In this document: piece by piece, positions 8,986 to 18,352 of the stretch
Position numbering within the stretch: position 1 is the first letter of the stretch
Layout of the letters: each line of letters starts with the position of its first letter
IMG/VR virus record: IMGVR_UViG_3300025608_000045
Coordinates: 1-37,465 of that record
From: a virus
Taxonomy: Duplodnaviria; Caudoviricetes
Length of the DNA stretch: 37,465 nt
Reading direction: 5' to 3' (one strand)
The notes under the pieces: generated by a model
What the model was told of the DNA's origin: nothing
What the model saw: only the letters and a program-made list of their open reading frames with translations
Database searches by the model: none
Translations under genes and position numbers: made by a program

Positions 8986-9011
8986 AACTTTTTTAAAAAC
9001 ACAAATATAAC
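8983..9011 (+). promoter_or_regulatory. Class A promoter TGAAAC-N17-TATAAC
   Basis: Exact 17-nt spacing upstream of ino1. Confidence 0.75.
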
Positions 9012-9036
9012 TAGTATAAATTAAATTTTAAAAATT

Positions 9037-10230
9037 ATGAGTAAAATTAACGTAGCAATTATTGGAACAGGAAACTGTGCTAAATCATTAGTTGAAGGTG
9101 TACAATACTACACTGAAAATCCAAACAACGTAACTGGGATGATGAAATCAGACATCGGCGGTTATTTAGCAGAAAACATTAACTTTGTAGCTGGATTCGA
9201 AATCGATGAGCGTAAGGTTAATCAAACATTAGGTTATGCATTGAAGCAAAGACCAAACTGTGCATGGGATATCGTAGATGAAATTACATCGACTGCCCCA
9301 GTATATGAAGCACCAGTTATCGATGGATATGCAGCGCATATGGATAATTATCCAGAAGCAAACAGATTCTTAGTTGATGAAAACTTAAGAAACACAACTG
9401 ATGGTAATCGCACTTCTTTATCTCCACGTAAAATTCGTGAGTGGAAGGATTCAATTATCTCTAAATTAAAAGAGCATGATGTAGAAGTATTGGTAAACTA
9501 TTTACCAGTAGGTTCTCAAAAGACTACAGAATTTTGGGCTGAAATTTGTCTAGAAACTGGAATCTCTTTTGTAAACTGTATTCCTGTATTTATCGCTTCA
9601 AACCCAGTTTGGGAAAAGAGATTTATCGATGCAGGTATTCCATTAATTGGAGATGATATGCGTTCGCAATTTGGAGCAAGTATTCTTTCTCAAATGCTAC
9701 AAGAACTTGCATTTGAAAGAGGTCATCACGTAAAAGCACACATTCAAAGAAATGTAGGCGGTAACACTGATTTCTTGAATATGGAAGATTCTTCAAGATT
9801 AGCTTCTAAGAAGATTTCTAAAGAAAACGTAATCCGTGCTCAAAACGAAATTCGTGGAATTGGAACCGAAGATTCATTCTTACATGCAGGTCCTTCTGAA
9901 TATATCCCATTCTATGGAGATAATAAAGTTGCAAACTTCCGTTTAGAACTTGAAGGATTTGGAGGAGCTCCAGTAACATTAGATGCTCAATTAAGCGTAC
10001 AAGATTCGCCAAACTCTGCAGGAGTTGTAATTGATGCAATTCGTTACTTAAAAGTAGCAAGAGAATTAGGAGTTGTAGGAGCCTTAAGAGGTCCTTCAGC
10101 GTTCACTCAAAAAACTCCACCAGACCAAATGATGTTTGCTGATGCTGTTTATGAGTGTACTGAATTGGCTGCAAGACGTCTAACAGATTCTACAAGAAAG
10201 CAATTAGTAATAGCAGCAAAAGCTCACTAA
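9037..10230 (+). CDS. ino1: myo-inositol-1(3)-phosphate synthase (bacterial/archaeal type)
   Basis: VAIIGTGNCA (NAD binding), VNYLPVGS, NCIPVFIAS, IGDD.RSQ.GA, NVGGNTDFLNM, SKKISK, GPSEY, DNK, DSPNSAGVVIDAIR, K.PP. Confidence 0.95.
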   Translation: MSKINVAIIGTGNCAKSLVEGVQYYTENPNNVTGMMKSDIGGYLAENINFVAGFEIDERKVNQTLGYALKQRPNCAWDIVDEITSTAPVYEAPVIDGYAAHMDNYPEANRFLVDENLRNTTDGNRTSLSPRKIREWKDSIISKLKEHDVEVLVNYLPVGSQKTTEFWAEICLETGISFVNCIPVFIASNPVWEKRFIDAGIPLIGDDMRSQFGASILSQMLQELAFERGHHVKAHIQRNVGGNTDFLNMEDSSRLASKKISKENVIRAQNEIRGIGTEDSFLHAGPSEYIPFYGDNKVANFRLELEGFGGAPVTLDAQLSVQDSPNSAGVVIDAIRYLKVARELGVVGALRGPSAFTQKTPPDQMMFADAVYECTELAARRLTDSTRKQLVIAAKAH

Positions 10231-10245
10231 TAAATCTAACAAATA

Positions 10246-10274
10246 AAAAGAGAGCCTAACAGCTCTCTTTTTTT
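10246..10274 (+). terminator. Rho-independent terminator
   Basis: aaaagagagc-ctaaca-gctctctttt followed by a T-run. Confidence 0.8.
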
Positions 10275-10289
10275 CACTAAACTCAAAAA

Positions 10290-10709
10290 ATGTATACAAT
10301 ACCACTTCACATAATAAAAAAAATGTACAGAATAGTTCCAGAAGAGATATACGCATATGATTTTGATGGAGTAGTTTCTATTGGAATTACACCAAGATCT
10401 AAAAAAGATATCATTATTACTGGAAGATGTATTGATGAACAAAAACACGTTAAAGATATACTTAAAAAACGTGGAATTAAATGTAAGGTTTATTTTAATC
10501 CAATGACTCTTGCTGAAAGGGGTGATCACACTGTTGAGGCTAGGACGTTCTCAGGTAACCACAAGGCATCCACGATTGCACGTTTAAAAGATGAAGGTGT
10601 AAATATAGTTAGATTTTTTGAAGATGACCCAATTCAACTAGACTTAATCAAAGAATCTCATCCAGAACTACCAGTAGTTCATATTGTTTCAAAATTAGTA
10701 AAAAAGTAA
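10290..10709 (+). CDS. Minimal HAD-superfamily phosphatase (alternative start 10323)
   Basis: Motif I YDFDGV, motif II IITGR, motif III HK and motif IV FFEDD. Cap-less size. Confidence 0.8.
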   Translation: MYTIPLHIIKKMYRIVPEEIYAYDFDGVVSIGITPRSKKDIIITGRCIDEQKHVKDILKKRGIKCKVYFNPMTLAERGDHTVEARTFSGNHKASTIARLKDEGVNIVRFFEDDPIQLDLIKESHPELPVVHIVSKLVKK

Positions 10710-10710
10710 A

Positions 10711-11376
10711 ATGGAGAAAGAACAACTAAATTTAATGCGTAAAGAATACGCATCATTCTTAAACGCAGAATTAGACGTTGATAAATCAATGATTAAAGAA
10801 TCTTTATTGAATTATATAACAGATAAGGTTGATTATGAAAACAAGGTATGTCTTGATTTAGGATCTAATCTTGGTGCATTTTGCAAAATAGCAATAGACA
10901 ACGGTGCTAAAAAGGTAGTCGCAGTCGAATGTGATACCAGAAACTATGAAAAAGTAAATTATAATTTTAGAGAAATAGACAACGTTGAGGTAATTCATGC
11001 TGCTGTTTCTGAATCTACGGAAGAAACTCTTCAGATTTTTAAATCTAGCGCGAAGAGTAATCATTCTTCTACTTCTATTATTAAAAGAACTAATAGGTTT
11101 AAACAATATGAAGTAGTAGACAACGTTAATTTTACAGAAATAGTAAATAGAGTAAAGCCTGATATTATTAAGATCGATATCGAAGGTGCTGAACATAATT
11201 TAATTGACGACATTATCGCAGCTTCACCAGATGTTTTATTCTTAGAATTACATGGGGGTTATGAAAAATGCCAAGAGCATTTAGACAAACTTGAACAAGC
11301 ATATCCAAATTCTGAAGTAAACGAAATAATTATGTTTATGAAAGTCGGTGGGTTTGATTGCTTATACTACAAATAA
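10711..11376 (+). CDS. FkbM-family SAM-dependent methyltransferase
   Basis: LDLGSNLGAF, VVAVE, IHAAV, IIKIDIEGAE, LELH. Confidence 0.88.
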   Translation: MEKEQLNLMRKEYASFLNAELDVDKSMIKESLLNYITDKVDYENKVCLDLGSNLGAFCKIAIDNGAKKVVAVECDTRNYEKVNYNFREIDNVEVIHAAVSESTEETLQIFKSSAKSNHSSTSIIKRTNRFKQYEVVDNVNFTEIVNRVKPDIIKIDIEGAEHNLIDDIIAASPDVLFLELHGGYEKCQEHLDKLEQAYPNSEVNEIIMFMKVGGFDCLYYK

Positions 11377-11386
11377 AATTAAATAA

Positions 11387-12427
11387 ATGAGAGAACTTGT
11401 AAATATGCAAGTGGTCGATCGAATTGGTTACTTTTTTAATAAAGTAAACGATCGAGCACTCTATCAAATGGGAATCAGAGATTCTTATGATAATGGAGGA
11501 GATGAAGCGTTAGGAGAAACTGTTGAGTATTTCCATCCTCAAATTACGTTAGACGACAGGATGAGATATATCATGGAGAATATAGTTTTATCCAATATGT
11601 CAATGGATAATATTATTTGCAATACTATAATTTCTCACTTTTATGGAGGTCGTGGTATACACCAAATATTAACAAGAGATCCAAACCCAAAAACAGCACT
11701 TGTAGATTTCGAAAGACTTTTAGTTGACAAGGAATATGAGATGACTATTAGAAAAAATATTGATGATGCTCTAAGTATTGGGTTAGGAGTATATGGAACC
11801 ACTGAACTTAGAACTAGTCTTTATGGCGCATCTAACTCATTCGTATCAGAATCCAGAGACCTTCCTAGAAATGCTGATAAAATCAATATATTATTATGGG
11901 TTGCTAGTTTTATTCCACGAGGGATAACTAAAAGAATGGCGGCTGTTAACTCTTTACAAGAGATGTATAATATACTAACAGAAATTGAAGGAGTAGGTCA
12001 ATATTATGGATATCACTGTTCAACTTCAAATTCAGTTAACCCTGCGATTAACATCGATCATGACGAAAGATTCTGTGTTCCAGGTCCTGGTGCAAGATTA
12101 ACACTAGATATGATGTTTCCACCAGATTGCGGAATTCCACATGGTGATAGGGTAATTTGGTTTAGAGAAAATTATAAAGATTTAATTGGAGATATCTACC
12201 TACACGAATCAACACACAATGTTATTGTAGGAGATACTAAAATATTCCAACACGAACAAAACGAACTAAAAACGTATGGGTGTGAAGTTGGTCTTTGTCA
12301 GTTTGGAGTATACTCTAGATTAAGCGATAACAAGAGTTTAATCAATAAGAGAAAGGTTGCAAGAGCTGATGAAACATTAATGGAATATTTTTTTAATAAT
12401 AATTTTGAACAAACCGCACTTTTCTAA
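11387..12427 (+). CDS. aGPT-Pplase / amino-acid:DNA transferase-like (HhH glycosylase-fold) DNA hypermodification enzyme
   Basis: HhH-like IEGVGQYYGY, then VPGPGARLTL and C-terminal EVGLCQFGVY.R. These parallel the G.G.F..Y / GPGA..GL / E..LCEF.KY.R pattern of the alpha-glutamyl/putrescinyl-thymine pyrophosphorylase family. Ends EQTALF. Confidence 0.7.
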   Translation: MRELVNMQVVDRIGYFFNKVNDRALYQMGIRDSYDNGGDEALGETVEYFHPQITLDDRMRYIMENIVLSNMSMDNIICNTIISHFYGGRGIHQILTRDPNPKTALVDFERLLVDKEYEMTIRKNIDDALSIGLGVYGTTELRTSLYGASNSFVSESRDLPRNADKINILLWVASFIPRGITKRMAAVNSLQEMYNILTEIEGVGQYYGYHCSTSNSVNPAINIDHDERFCVPGPGARLTLDMMFPPDCGIPHGDRVIWFRENYKDLIGDIYLHESTHNVIVGDTKIFQHEQNELKTYGCEVGLCQFGVYSRLSDNKSLINKRKVARADETLMEYFFNNNFEQTALF

Positions 12428-12433
12428 TATAAC
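12405..12433 (+). promoter_or_regulatory. Class A promoter TTGAAC-N17-TATAAC
   Basis: Exact 17-nt spacing upstream of the dCTPase/polymerase operon. Confidence 0.65.
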
Positions 12434-12451
12434 TACTATAAAATAAAAAAA

Positions 12452-12919
12452 ATGGCAAACATAGATAACGAATGTAAAGATCTAGAAGTAAAAGATTTTT
12501 ACGACCAATCAACAACACATTTACAAGACATCATGTCTCATCAAAAAAACATGCAAGAACAAACGTATGGTTTTAATTTTGAAGATATGACAATTAGAGA
12601 AATCATGGATTTCTGGCATGTTAACACGCATGCAGTTGTAGATGAAATTCACGAAATGACTGATGCTCTTGGCGGAATTAAAGATGGTTCTGGAAATGCA
12701 GTATGGAAATACTGGAAAAAAGACTTTGCAAAATACAATACATTAAAGATTTCTGACATGTCTGAAGGAGACAAGAAAGAATTGTATATGGAATGGGTAG
12801 ATATCCTACACTTCTTTATCAATTACGCAGCCTCAATTGGACTAGACGCAAAAACAGCTTACAATTACTACTTCGCAAAAGCTGAAGAGAATGTTAACCG
12901 TCAGAAAAATAACTATTAA
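12452..12919 (+). CDS. gp56: T4 gp56-like dCTP/dUTP pyrophosphatase (dimeric all-alpha NTP-PPase)
   Basis: DEIHEM.DALGG, WKYWK, E.VDILHF, YFAK.EEN.NRQ..Y. Confidence 0.8.
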   Translation: MANIDNECKDLEVKDFYDQSTTHLQDIMSHQKNMQEQTYGFNFEDMTIREIMDFWHVNTHAVVDEIHEMTDALGGIKDGSGNAVWKYWKKDFAKYNTLKISDMSEGDKKELYMEWVDILHFFINYAASIGLDAKTAYNYYFAKAEENVNRQKNNY

Positions 12920-14316
12920 TGATATTAGACGTAGAACAAAGAGACAAAGATATTATTATTTCGTATTATAACGAAGAAGGTAATGTCGCGTACAAACAAT
13001 ATCCAATACCAAAATACCAAAACTGGTATGTTTGTGATGACAAGGATCGAGAATCTAGTCCTGAGTTTAAGAATTGGGATGGAAGATCTGTTAAACTTGG
13101 AAGAGCAAGACAATTCAACAAGTTTTCATTAGTATATTTCTTAGATGGTCTTCCAGAAAAAGATAAAGTTGAAATATTTGCTGATCACAAACCAAAAACT
13201 TATTTTGTAGATATTGAAACTGAAATTGTTGATGGATTTCCAAAGGCTGAAGAGGCTAAAAGTAGAATTCTTTCATTCTCTATAATTACTCCAGATCATA
13301 AAGCTATTGTATTAGGTCTTGAAGATATGGATTCTAAGAGTATTAAAAAAATTCAAGATGATACTAATGAGTATTTCAAAGATTTTGATATGGATTGGGA
13401 GTTTAAGTATCATAAGTTTAATTCTGAATACGATATGGTATATACATTCTTAATGAAATTCTTACCAAAATTCGCAATGATGACCGGATGGAATTTTATT
13501 AATTATGATTGGCAATATATCGTTAACAGATGTAAAAGATTACAAATAGATATTAATGAGATTGGAATGACTGGATCTGTTGATCGTAATGACAGTAGGC
13601 CACTTCATATCGGTATCTTAGATTATATGCAATTATATGATAAGTACGATAGAAGTGTTAAGGTTAAAGAATCTAACGCATTAGATTATGTATCAGGTCA
13701 AGTTCTTAATGTTAATAAAATTAAGTTCACAGGATCTCTTCAAGATTTGTATCGAGATAATTTTGTTAAATATATCTACTACAACGTTGTCGATTCAGTG
13801 TTGGTTTATTATATAGATCAAAAATTAAAATCGATGGATGTTTTATTAACATTAGCAAATATTACTAAAATGCCATTGTATAAAGCAAGTTCACCAGTTT
13901 CAGTTACTGAATCATTAATGGCCAGAAAACTAGCTGAGCAAGGAATGCGTATTGGTAGTGAACAAAGAGAGGATGGAGAAAAGAATGGTCAGTATGCTGG
14001 CGCCTATGTTAAAGAACCAATTGTTGGTTTCTACGAAGGGGTATCAGCTTTTGATTTTGCTTCACTATATCCTTCAGTTATGAGACAGTTTAATATATCT
14101 CCAGATGCATTTATTGAAAAGGTAAATAAATCTGAAATTAAAAAGAGAAGAGAAGACAAAGATGTTATTGTTTGTGCAAACGGCGTAGTCTATAATAATG
14201 AAGATTCTATTCTTAGAAAAATATTAGGAGATCTTTATGACCAACGTAAGAATTACAAAAATACATCATACGATTATTTTACAAAAGCAGACAAGTTAAA
14301 AAAATTATTATCATAA
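12919..14316 (+). CDS. gp43A: Family B DNA polymerase, N-terminal subunit (3'-5' exonuclease plus palm motif A)
   Basis: ExoI DIET, ExoII GWNFINYD, ExoIII YNVVD, YAGAYVKEP and motif A DFASLYPS. Ends in the first fingers helix, with no motif B or C. Confidence 0.92.
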   Translation: MILDVEQRDKDIIISYYNEEGNVAYKQYPIPKYQNWYVCDDKDRESSPEFKNWDGRSVKLGRARQFNKFSLVYFLDGLPEKDKVEIFADHKPKTYFVDIETEIVDGFPKAEEAKSRILSFSIITPDHKAIVLGLEDMDSKSIKKIQDDTNEYFKDFDMDWEFKYHKFNSEYDMVYTFLMKFLPKFAMMTGWNFINYDWQYIVNRCKRLQIDINEIGMTGSVDRNDSRPLHIGILDYMQLYDKYDRSVKVKESNALDYVSGQVLNVNKIKFTGSLQDLYRDNFVKYIYYNVVDSVLVYYIDQKLKSMDVLLTLANITKMPLYKASSPVSVTESLMARKLAEQGMRIGSEQREDGEKNGQYAGAYVKEPIVGFYEGVSAFDFASLYPSVMRQFNISPDAFIEKVNKSEIKKRREDKDVIVCANGVVYNNEDSILRKILGDLYDQRKNYKNTSYDYFTKADKLKKLLS

Positions 14317-14324
14317 TATTTAAT

Positions 14325-14353
14325 TGAAACTAACAGGAATCTGGTTATATTAT
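14325..14353 (+). promoter_or_regulatory. Class A promoter TGAAAC-N17-TATTAT
   Basis: 17-nt spacing upstream of nrdB. Confidence 0.6.
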
Positions 14354-14434
14354 TAATATATAACTTATCTTAAAGGCCACTAGAAATTTTGGCCTTTATT
14401 AGCCTAAAAAGAATTTAAAAAATTAAAAAGATAA

Positions 14435-15442
14435 ATGAGCGATAAATCAATCTTCAAAGAGAGAATAGAATACAAACCATTTGAATATCCTGAATATTAT
14501 ACAGAAGGATGGTTAAAACAAGCACAAGCGTTTTGGCTGCATACTGAAATTTCAATGCAAGGAGATGTCAAAGATTGGAATGAAAACTTAACAGATTCAG
14601 AAAGAAATTTAGTAGGAAATATCCTTTTAGGATTTGCACAAACAGAATGTGCTGTTTCTGATTACTGGACTGGAATGGTCACGCAATGGTTTCCGAAGTG
14701 GGAGATTAAACACATGGCAATGTTATTCGGATCTCAAGAGACAATTCACGCTACTGCCTATTCATACTTAAATGAAACATTAGGTCTTGAAGATTTTGAA
14801 GCATTCTTACATGAGCCATCAACCGCAGAAAGATTTGAATATTTAATGAATACTGAAGCTGAATACACACATGAAGATTTAGCTAAAAGTTCAACAGCAA
14901 GAAAAGACGTTGCTAAATCATTAGCGATATTTAGCGCATTTGGAGAAGGTGTTGCTCTTTACTCTTCATTCGCTGTACTATATTCTTTTCAAATGAGAAA
15001 CAAGCTTAAGGGTATCGGTCAACAAATGAAGTGGAGTGTTCGCGATGAGTCTCTTCACTCTAAAATGGGTTGTCAGTTATTTAATCATATGTGTGAAGAA
15101 TATACTGACCTTAGAAGCTCTGTGCAATCTCAAGTTGAAGAAGCTGCAAAACTAATGGTTGAAATGGAGATGAAATTTATTGATAAAATGTTTGAGATGG
15201 GAGATCTTGAAAACATGAAATCAGAAGACCTCAAAGAATTTATTAAGAAAAGAGCTAATGAAAAACTAAACGAAATTGGTTACGAAGCAATCTTTAAATT
15301 TGATGAAGATAAAGCAGCAGAGTTAGATTGGTTTTATCATTTAACAGGAGGAACAACACATACTGATTTCTTTGCAGTTAGACCTACAGATTATTCAAAA
15401 GCTGGAGAAGGAGAAAACTGGGACGAAGACGAATTATTTTAA
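14435..15442 (+). CDS. nrdB: Class I ribonucleotide reductase beta subunit
   Basis: YKPFEYP, FW...E, QETIHATAYSY (ExxH plus radical Tyr), EGVALYSSF, RDESLH, TDFF...PTDYSK. Confidence 0.95.
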   Translation: MSDKSIFKERIEYKPFEYPEYYTEGWLKQAQAFWLHTEISMQGDVKDWNENLTDSERNLVGNILLGFAQTECAVSDYWTGMVTQWFPKWEIKHMAMLFGSQETIHATAYSYLNETLGLEDFEAFLHEPSTAERFEYLMNTEAEYTHEDLAKSSTARKDVAKSLAIFSAFGEGVALYSSFAVLYSFQMRNKLKGIGQQMKWSVRDESLHSKMGCQLFNHMCEEYTDLRSSVQSQVEEAAKLMVEMEMKFIDKMFEMGDLENMKSEDLKEFIKKRANEKLNEIGYEAIFKFDEDKAAELDWFYHLTGGTTHTDFFAVRPTDYSKAGEGENWDEDELF

Positions 15443-15456
15443 AAAATTACAAAACA

Positions 15457-17304
15457 ATGTTTAGAGAATATAACAACTCACCTAAAACAGACAAAGTTTT
15501 AGAAGAAGGTACTAAAAATCATGGTGAATCTCTTGGATGGGAAATAGGAACTGATTTTCCAATTTGGGGAAATACAGAAATTTATGTAAAAACAGTAAGT
15601 GGAGGATATTTATTAGAAGGAGAAACTCCTAAGGATGCATATTGGAGAGTTTCAACTACTGTTGCAAAAAGACTTAATAAGCCTGAACTGGCAAGTAAGT
15701 TCTTTGATTATATTTGGAAAGGATGGCTAAACCTAGCTAGCCCCGTACTTTCAAACACTGGAACTGAAAGAGGTTTACCAATTTCATGTTTCGGTATCGA
15801 TGTAGCTGATTCTATATATGATATTGGAAACAAGAATTTAGAATTAATGTTACTTGCAAAACATGGAGGTGGAGTTGGTGTAGGAATTAATCAAATTAGA
15901 CCAGCAGGTGCTAAAATAACTGGAAACGGGACAAGCGATGGGATTGTACCATTTGCGAAAGTATATGATTCAACAATTCTTGCAACGAATCAAGGTTCTG
16001 TGAGAAGAGGAGCAGCATCGGTTAATATAGATATAGAACATGATGATTTCTGGGAATGGTTAGAAATTAGAGAACCAAAGGGAGATGTAAACAGACAATG
16101 TTTAAATTTACACCAATGTGTTGTTGTTTCAGATGGTTTTATGCAAAAAATAGAAGCAGGAGACAAAGAGGCAAGAAAAAGATGGACAGCAGTTATTAGA
16201 AAGCGTAGAGCAACTGGAGAGCCATACATTATGTTTAAAGGAAATGTAAACAGAGTAAATCCAGAAGCGTATAAGCAAAATGGATTAAAGGTTTATATGA
16301 CTAATATTTGTTCAGAAATTACATTACACACTGATGAAAACCATTCTTTCGTATGTTGTTTGAGTTCTTTAAACTTGGCAAAATATGAAGAGTGGAAAGA
16401 TACGGACTTAGTATATACTGCTACAATTTTCCTAGATGGAGTTCTTACCGAATTCATTAATAGAGCAAAATACATGAGAGGTTTTGAAAACTCTGTTCGT
16501 TCTGCTGAAAAAGGCCGAGCATTAGGATTAGGAGTTTTAGGATGGCACACATATTTGCAAAACAAGAATATTCCTTTTGATTCTTTAACAGGACAATTTG
16601 AAACAAGAAAGATATTCTCTCAAATTAAAGTTGAAAGTGAAAGAGCAAGTAGAGATTTAGCTACAGAATATGGAGAACCATTATGGTGTGTTGGTACTGG
16701 AATGCGTAACACACACTTAAGAGCTATTGCACCAACTGTTTCTAATTCTAAATTAAGCGGTAATAGTTCTCCAGGTATTGAACCATGGGCCGCTAATGTA
16801 TTCACAGAACAAACAGCAAAAGGAACTTTTATTAGAAAAAATCCAACATTAGTAAAAATACTTCAATTAATCAAGCAAGATAAAAAACAAACATGGGATA
16901 AAATCTTAGAAGACGGCGGAAGTGTGCAAGGTCTTGATTTTATGGATGATTACTGGGTTGTTGAAGGATCAAATAATGCTCCGATTAAAACTAAAGATCT
17001 AGATAAATTAAGTGATCTTGAAAAAGGAAAATATATTGCATTAAAGGATGTGTTTAGAACCTTTAAAGAAATTAATCAAATGGAATTAGTTAAACAAGCA
17101 GGAGTAAGACAACAATACATTGATCAATCTGCTAGTTTAAATTTAGCTTTTCCAACTGAAGCTGAACCTAAGTTTATCAATCAAGTTCATTTAGAAGCTT
17201 ATAAACAAGGAATAAAGACACTATATTACATGAGAACTGAATCAGTACTTAGAGGTGATATCGCAGCAAGAGCAACTGATGATTGTTTAAGTTGTGATGG
17301 ATAA
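15457..17304 (+). CDS. nrdA: Class I ribonucleotide reductase alpha subunit (no ATP cone)
   Basis: ASPVLSN, PISCF, GGGVG, NQG.VRRGA, TNICSEI (NxCxE), CCLSSLNL, IAPT.S, IDQS.SLN, KTLYY.R and C-terminal CLSCDG. Confidence 0.96.
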   Translation: MFREYNNSPKTDKVLEEGTKNHGESLGWEIGTDFPIWGNTEIYVKTVSGGYLLEGETPKDAYWRVSTTVAKRLNKPELASKFFDYIWKGWLNLASPVLSNTGTERGLPISCFGIDVADSIYDIGNKNLELMLLAKHGGGVGVGINQIRPAGAKITGNGTSDGIVPFAKVYDSTILATNQGSVRRGAASVNIDIEHDDFWEWLEIREPKGDVNRQCLNLHQCVVVSDGFMQKIEAGDKEARKRWTAVIRKRRATGEPYIMFKGNVNRVNPEAYKQNGLKVYMTNICSEITLHTDENHSFVCCLSSLNLAKYEEWKDTDLVYTATIFLDGVLTEFINRAKYMRGFENSVRSAEKGRALGLGVLGWHTYLQNKNIPFDSLTGQFETRKIFSQIKVESERASRDLATEYGEPLWCVGTGMRNTHLRAIAPTVSNSKLSGNSSPGIEPWAANVFTEQTAKGTFIRKNPTLVKILQLIKQDKKQTWDKILEDGGSVQGLDFMDDYWVVEGSNNAPIKTKDLDKLSDLEKGKYIALKDVFRTFKEINQMELVKQAGVRQQYIDQSASLNLAFPTEAEPKFINQVHLEAYKQGIKTLYYMRTESVLRGDIAARATDDCLSCDG

Positions 17305-17311
17305 GAAATAG

Positions 17312-17401
17312 CCAATCTGGTTTTCCAGGTTGGATTTTAGGACCGTTTTAGTTAACGGCAAGGGGTAAGAAAAAGTTCGCTACTATTCTTACCCCATTTT
17401 T
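17312..17401 (+). other. Three tandem stem-loops after nrdA (candidate structured RNA; the last may act as a terminator)
   Basis: ccaatctgg/ccaggttgg (17312-17333), ccgtt/aacgg (17343-17358) and ggggtaagaa/ttcttacccc (17362-17395) with an agt-tcgct-act apical part, then Ts. Confidence 0.6.
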
Positions 17402-17402
17402 G

Positions 17403-17410
17403 GATATATA
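17403..17410 (+). promoter_or_regulatory. Class B (putative late) promoter GATATATA
   Basis: The same octamer occurs upstream of 8 virion-type genes. Confidence 0.7.
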
Positions 17411-17432
17411 GAATATAAAAATAAATTAAATT

Positions 17433-18245
17433 ATGAAATTCGACAAATTTATAGAACACGAAGTAGTTACTGAAGCTAAGAATACTATTGGTCTTGCATT
17501 TAAAGAAGAACAAGATTATCTTGATTTTAAAGAGTTTATTAAAGACGAAAAAGGTTCAATTAAAAAAGATTTTGGATGGGATTCTAAGACTAAATCATGG
17601 GAAGTCATAATGGACGTTAAAGTTCTAGACAGTATTTATGGTGAAGGAACTCCTAGTAATAAAGAGTCCGGATGGTACGGAGGATTACCTAATGATTTTG
17701 AATCAGTAATAATCGAATCAGTAGTTACTGAAGGTAAATTTGATGGTATTGCAGACTTGGTTAAATCTTTACATTTTGAAACAGATCCTAAAACGGCAGA
17801 AGAAAAGAAAATCGAGCTTGGTAGAAAGCAAGGTGAAGTATCTAAAAGAAAGCAAATTGAAAGTGGAGAATATTCATTAAGAAGATTTAGAAAAGAGATT
17901 AAATTTGGAGATGGTACTTATTTAGGAGTATTCTTACCAGGTTCTTATGATGCGTCAACTTCTACATTAGGAGATGGACCGCATGCAAAGGCTGTTAAGA
18001 AAGTAAAATGGACTCAAAAGAAATATAACCAATGGTTAGAAGATATGGCATCAAATGGAGGAGCAGAAAATGCATTTGACATGGCACAAAATGCTAAAAA
18101 CGAAACTGGACTTATTGATTGGGTTAAAAAGAACTTTAGAGAAGAAGATCCATTACAGAGAATTCAATGGGATATTGAAGGCTATGCAGAATCAAATAAA
18201 ACAACTATGAAACACGTACAATTATTTGAACAATTCATAAAATAA
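17433..18245 (+). CDS. Hypothetical protein, probable internal head protein
   Basis: Late-type promoter, N-terminal MKFDKFIEHEVVTE, a second VVTE site and C-terminal MKHVQLFEQFIK. Confidence 0.6.
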   Translation: MKFDKFIEHEVVTEAKNTIGLAFKEEQDYLDFKEFIKDEKGSIKKDFGWDSKTKSWEVIMDVKVLDSIYGEGTPSNKESGWYGGLPNDFESVIIESVVTEGKFDGIADLVKSLHFETDPKTAEEKKIELGRKQGEVSKRKQIESGEYSLRRFRKEIKFGDGTYLGVFLPGSYDASTSTLGDGPHAKAVKKVKWTQKKYNQWLEDMASNGGAENAFDMAQNAKNETGLIDWVKKNFREEDPLQRIQWDIEGYAESNKTTMKHVQLFEQFIK

Positions 18246-18266
18246 TCAAAACCAAAACTAATAATT

Positions 18267-18294
18267 AAACCTGAACTAACGTTCGGGTTTTTTT
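18267..18294 (+). terminator. Rho-independent terminator
   Basis: aaacctgaac-taac-gttcgggttt followed by a T-run. Confidence 0.85.
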
Positions 18295-18295
18295 A

Positions 18296-18324
18296 TGAAA
18301 CAAAACCAGTATTTCTACTATAAT
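18296..18324 (+). promoter_or_regulatory. Class A promoter TGAAAC-N17-TATAAT
   Basis: Exact 17-nt spacing directly after a terminator, the same architecture as 4979-5034. Confidence 0.78.
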
Positions 18325-18352
18325 ACCTAAATCATTTAATATAATAAACAAC

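Noticed and set aside
9037-10709. Di-myo-inositol-phosphate or phosphatidylinositol pathway as the main role of ino1
   Set aside because: No CDP-alcohol phosphatidyltransferase or other membrane enzyme is in the window, and the neighbours are DNA/nucleotide enzymes. It is not excluded if such genes lie elsewhere or in the host.
11387-12427. Ordinary DNA repair glycosylase
   Set aside because: It has an HhH-like motif, but the GPGA and E..LC.F..Y motifs and the position beside a dCTPase/dUTPase fit the hypermodification transferase family better.
17362-17395. tRNA, suggested by GTTCG
   Set aside because: No cloverleaf, acceptor stem or anticodon arm can be built, and the loop is GTTCGCTAC rather than GTTCRANTC.
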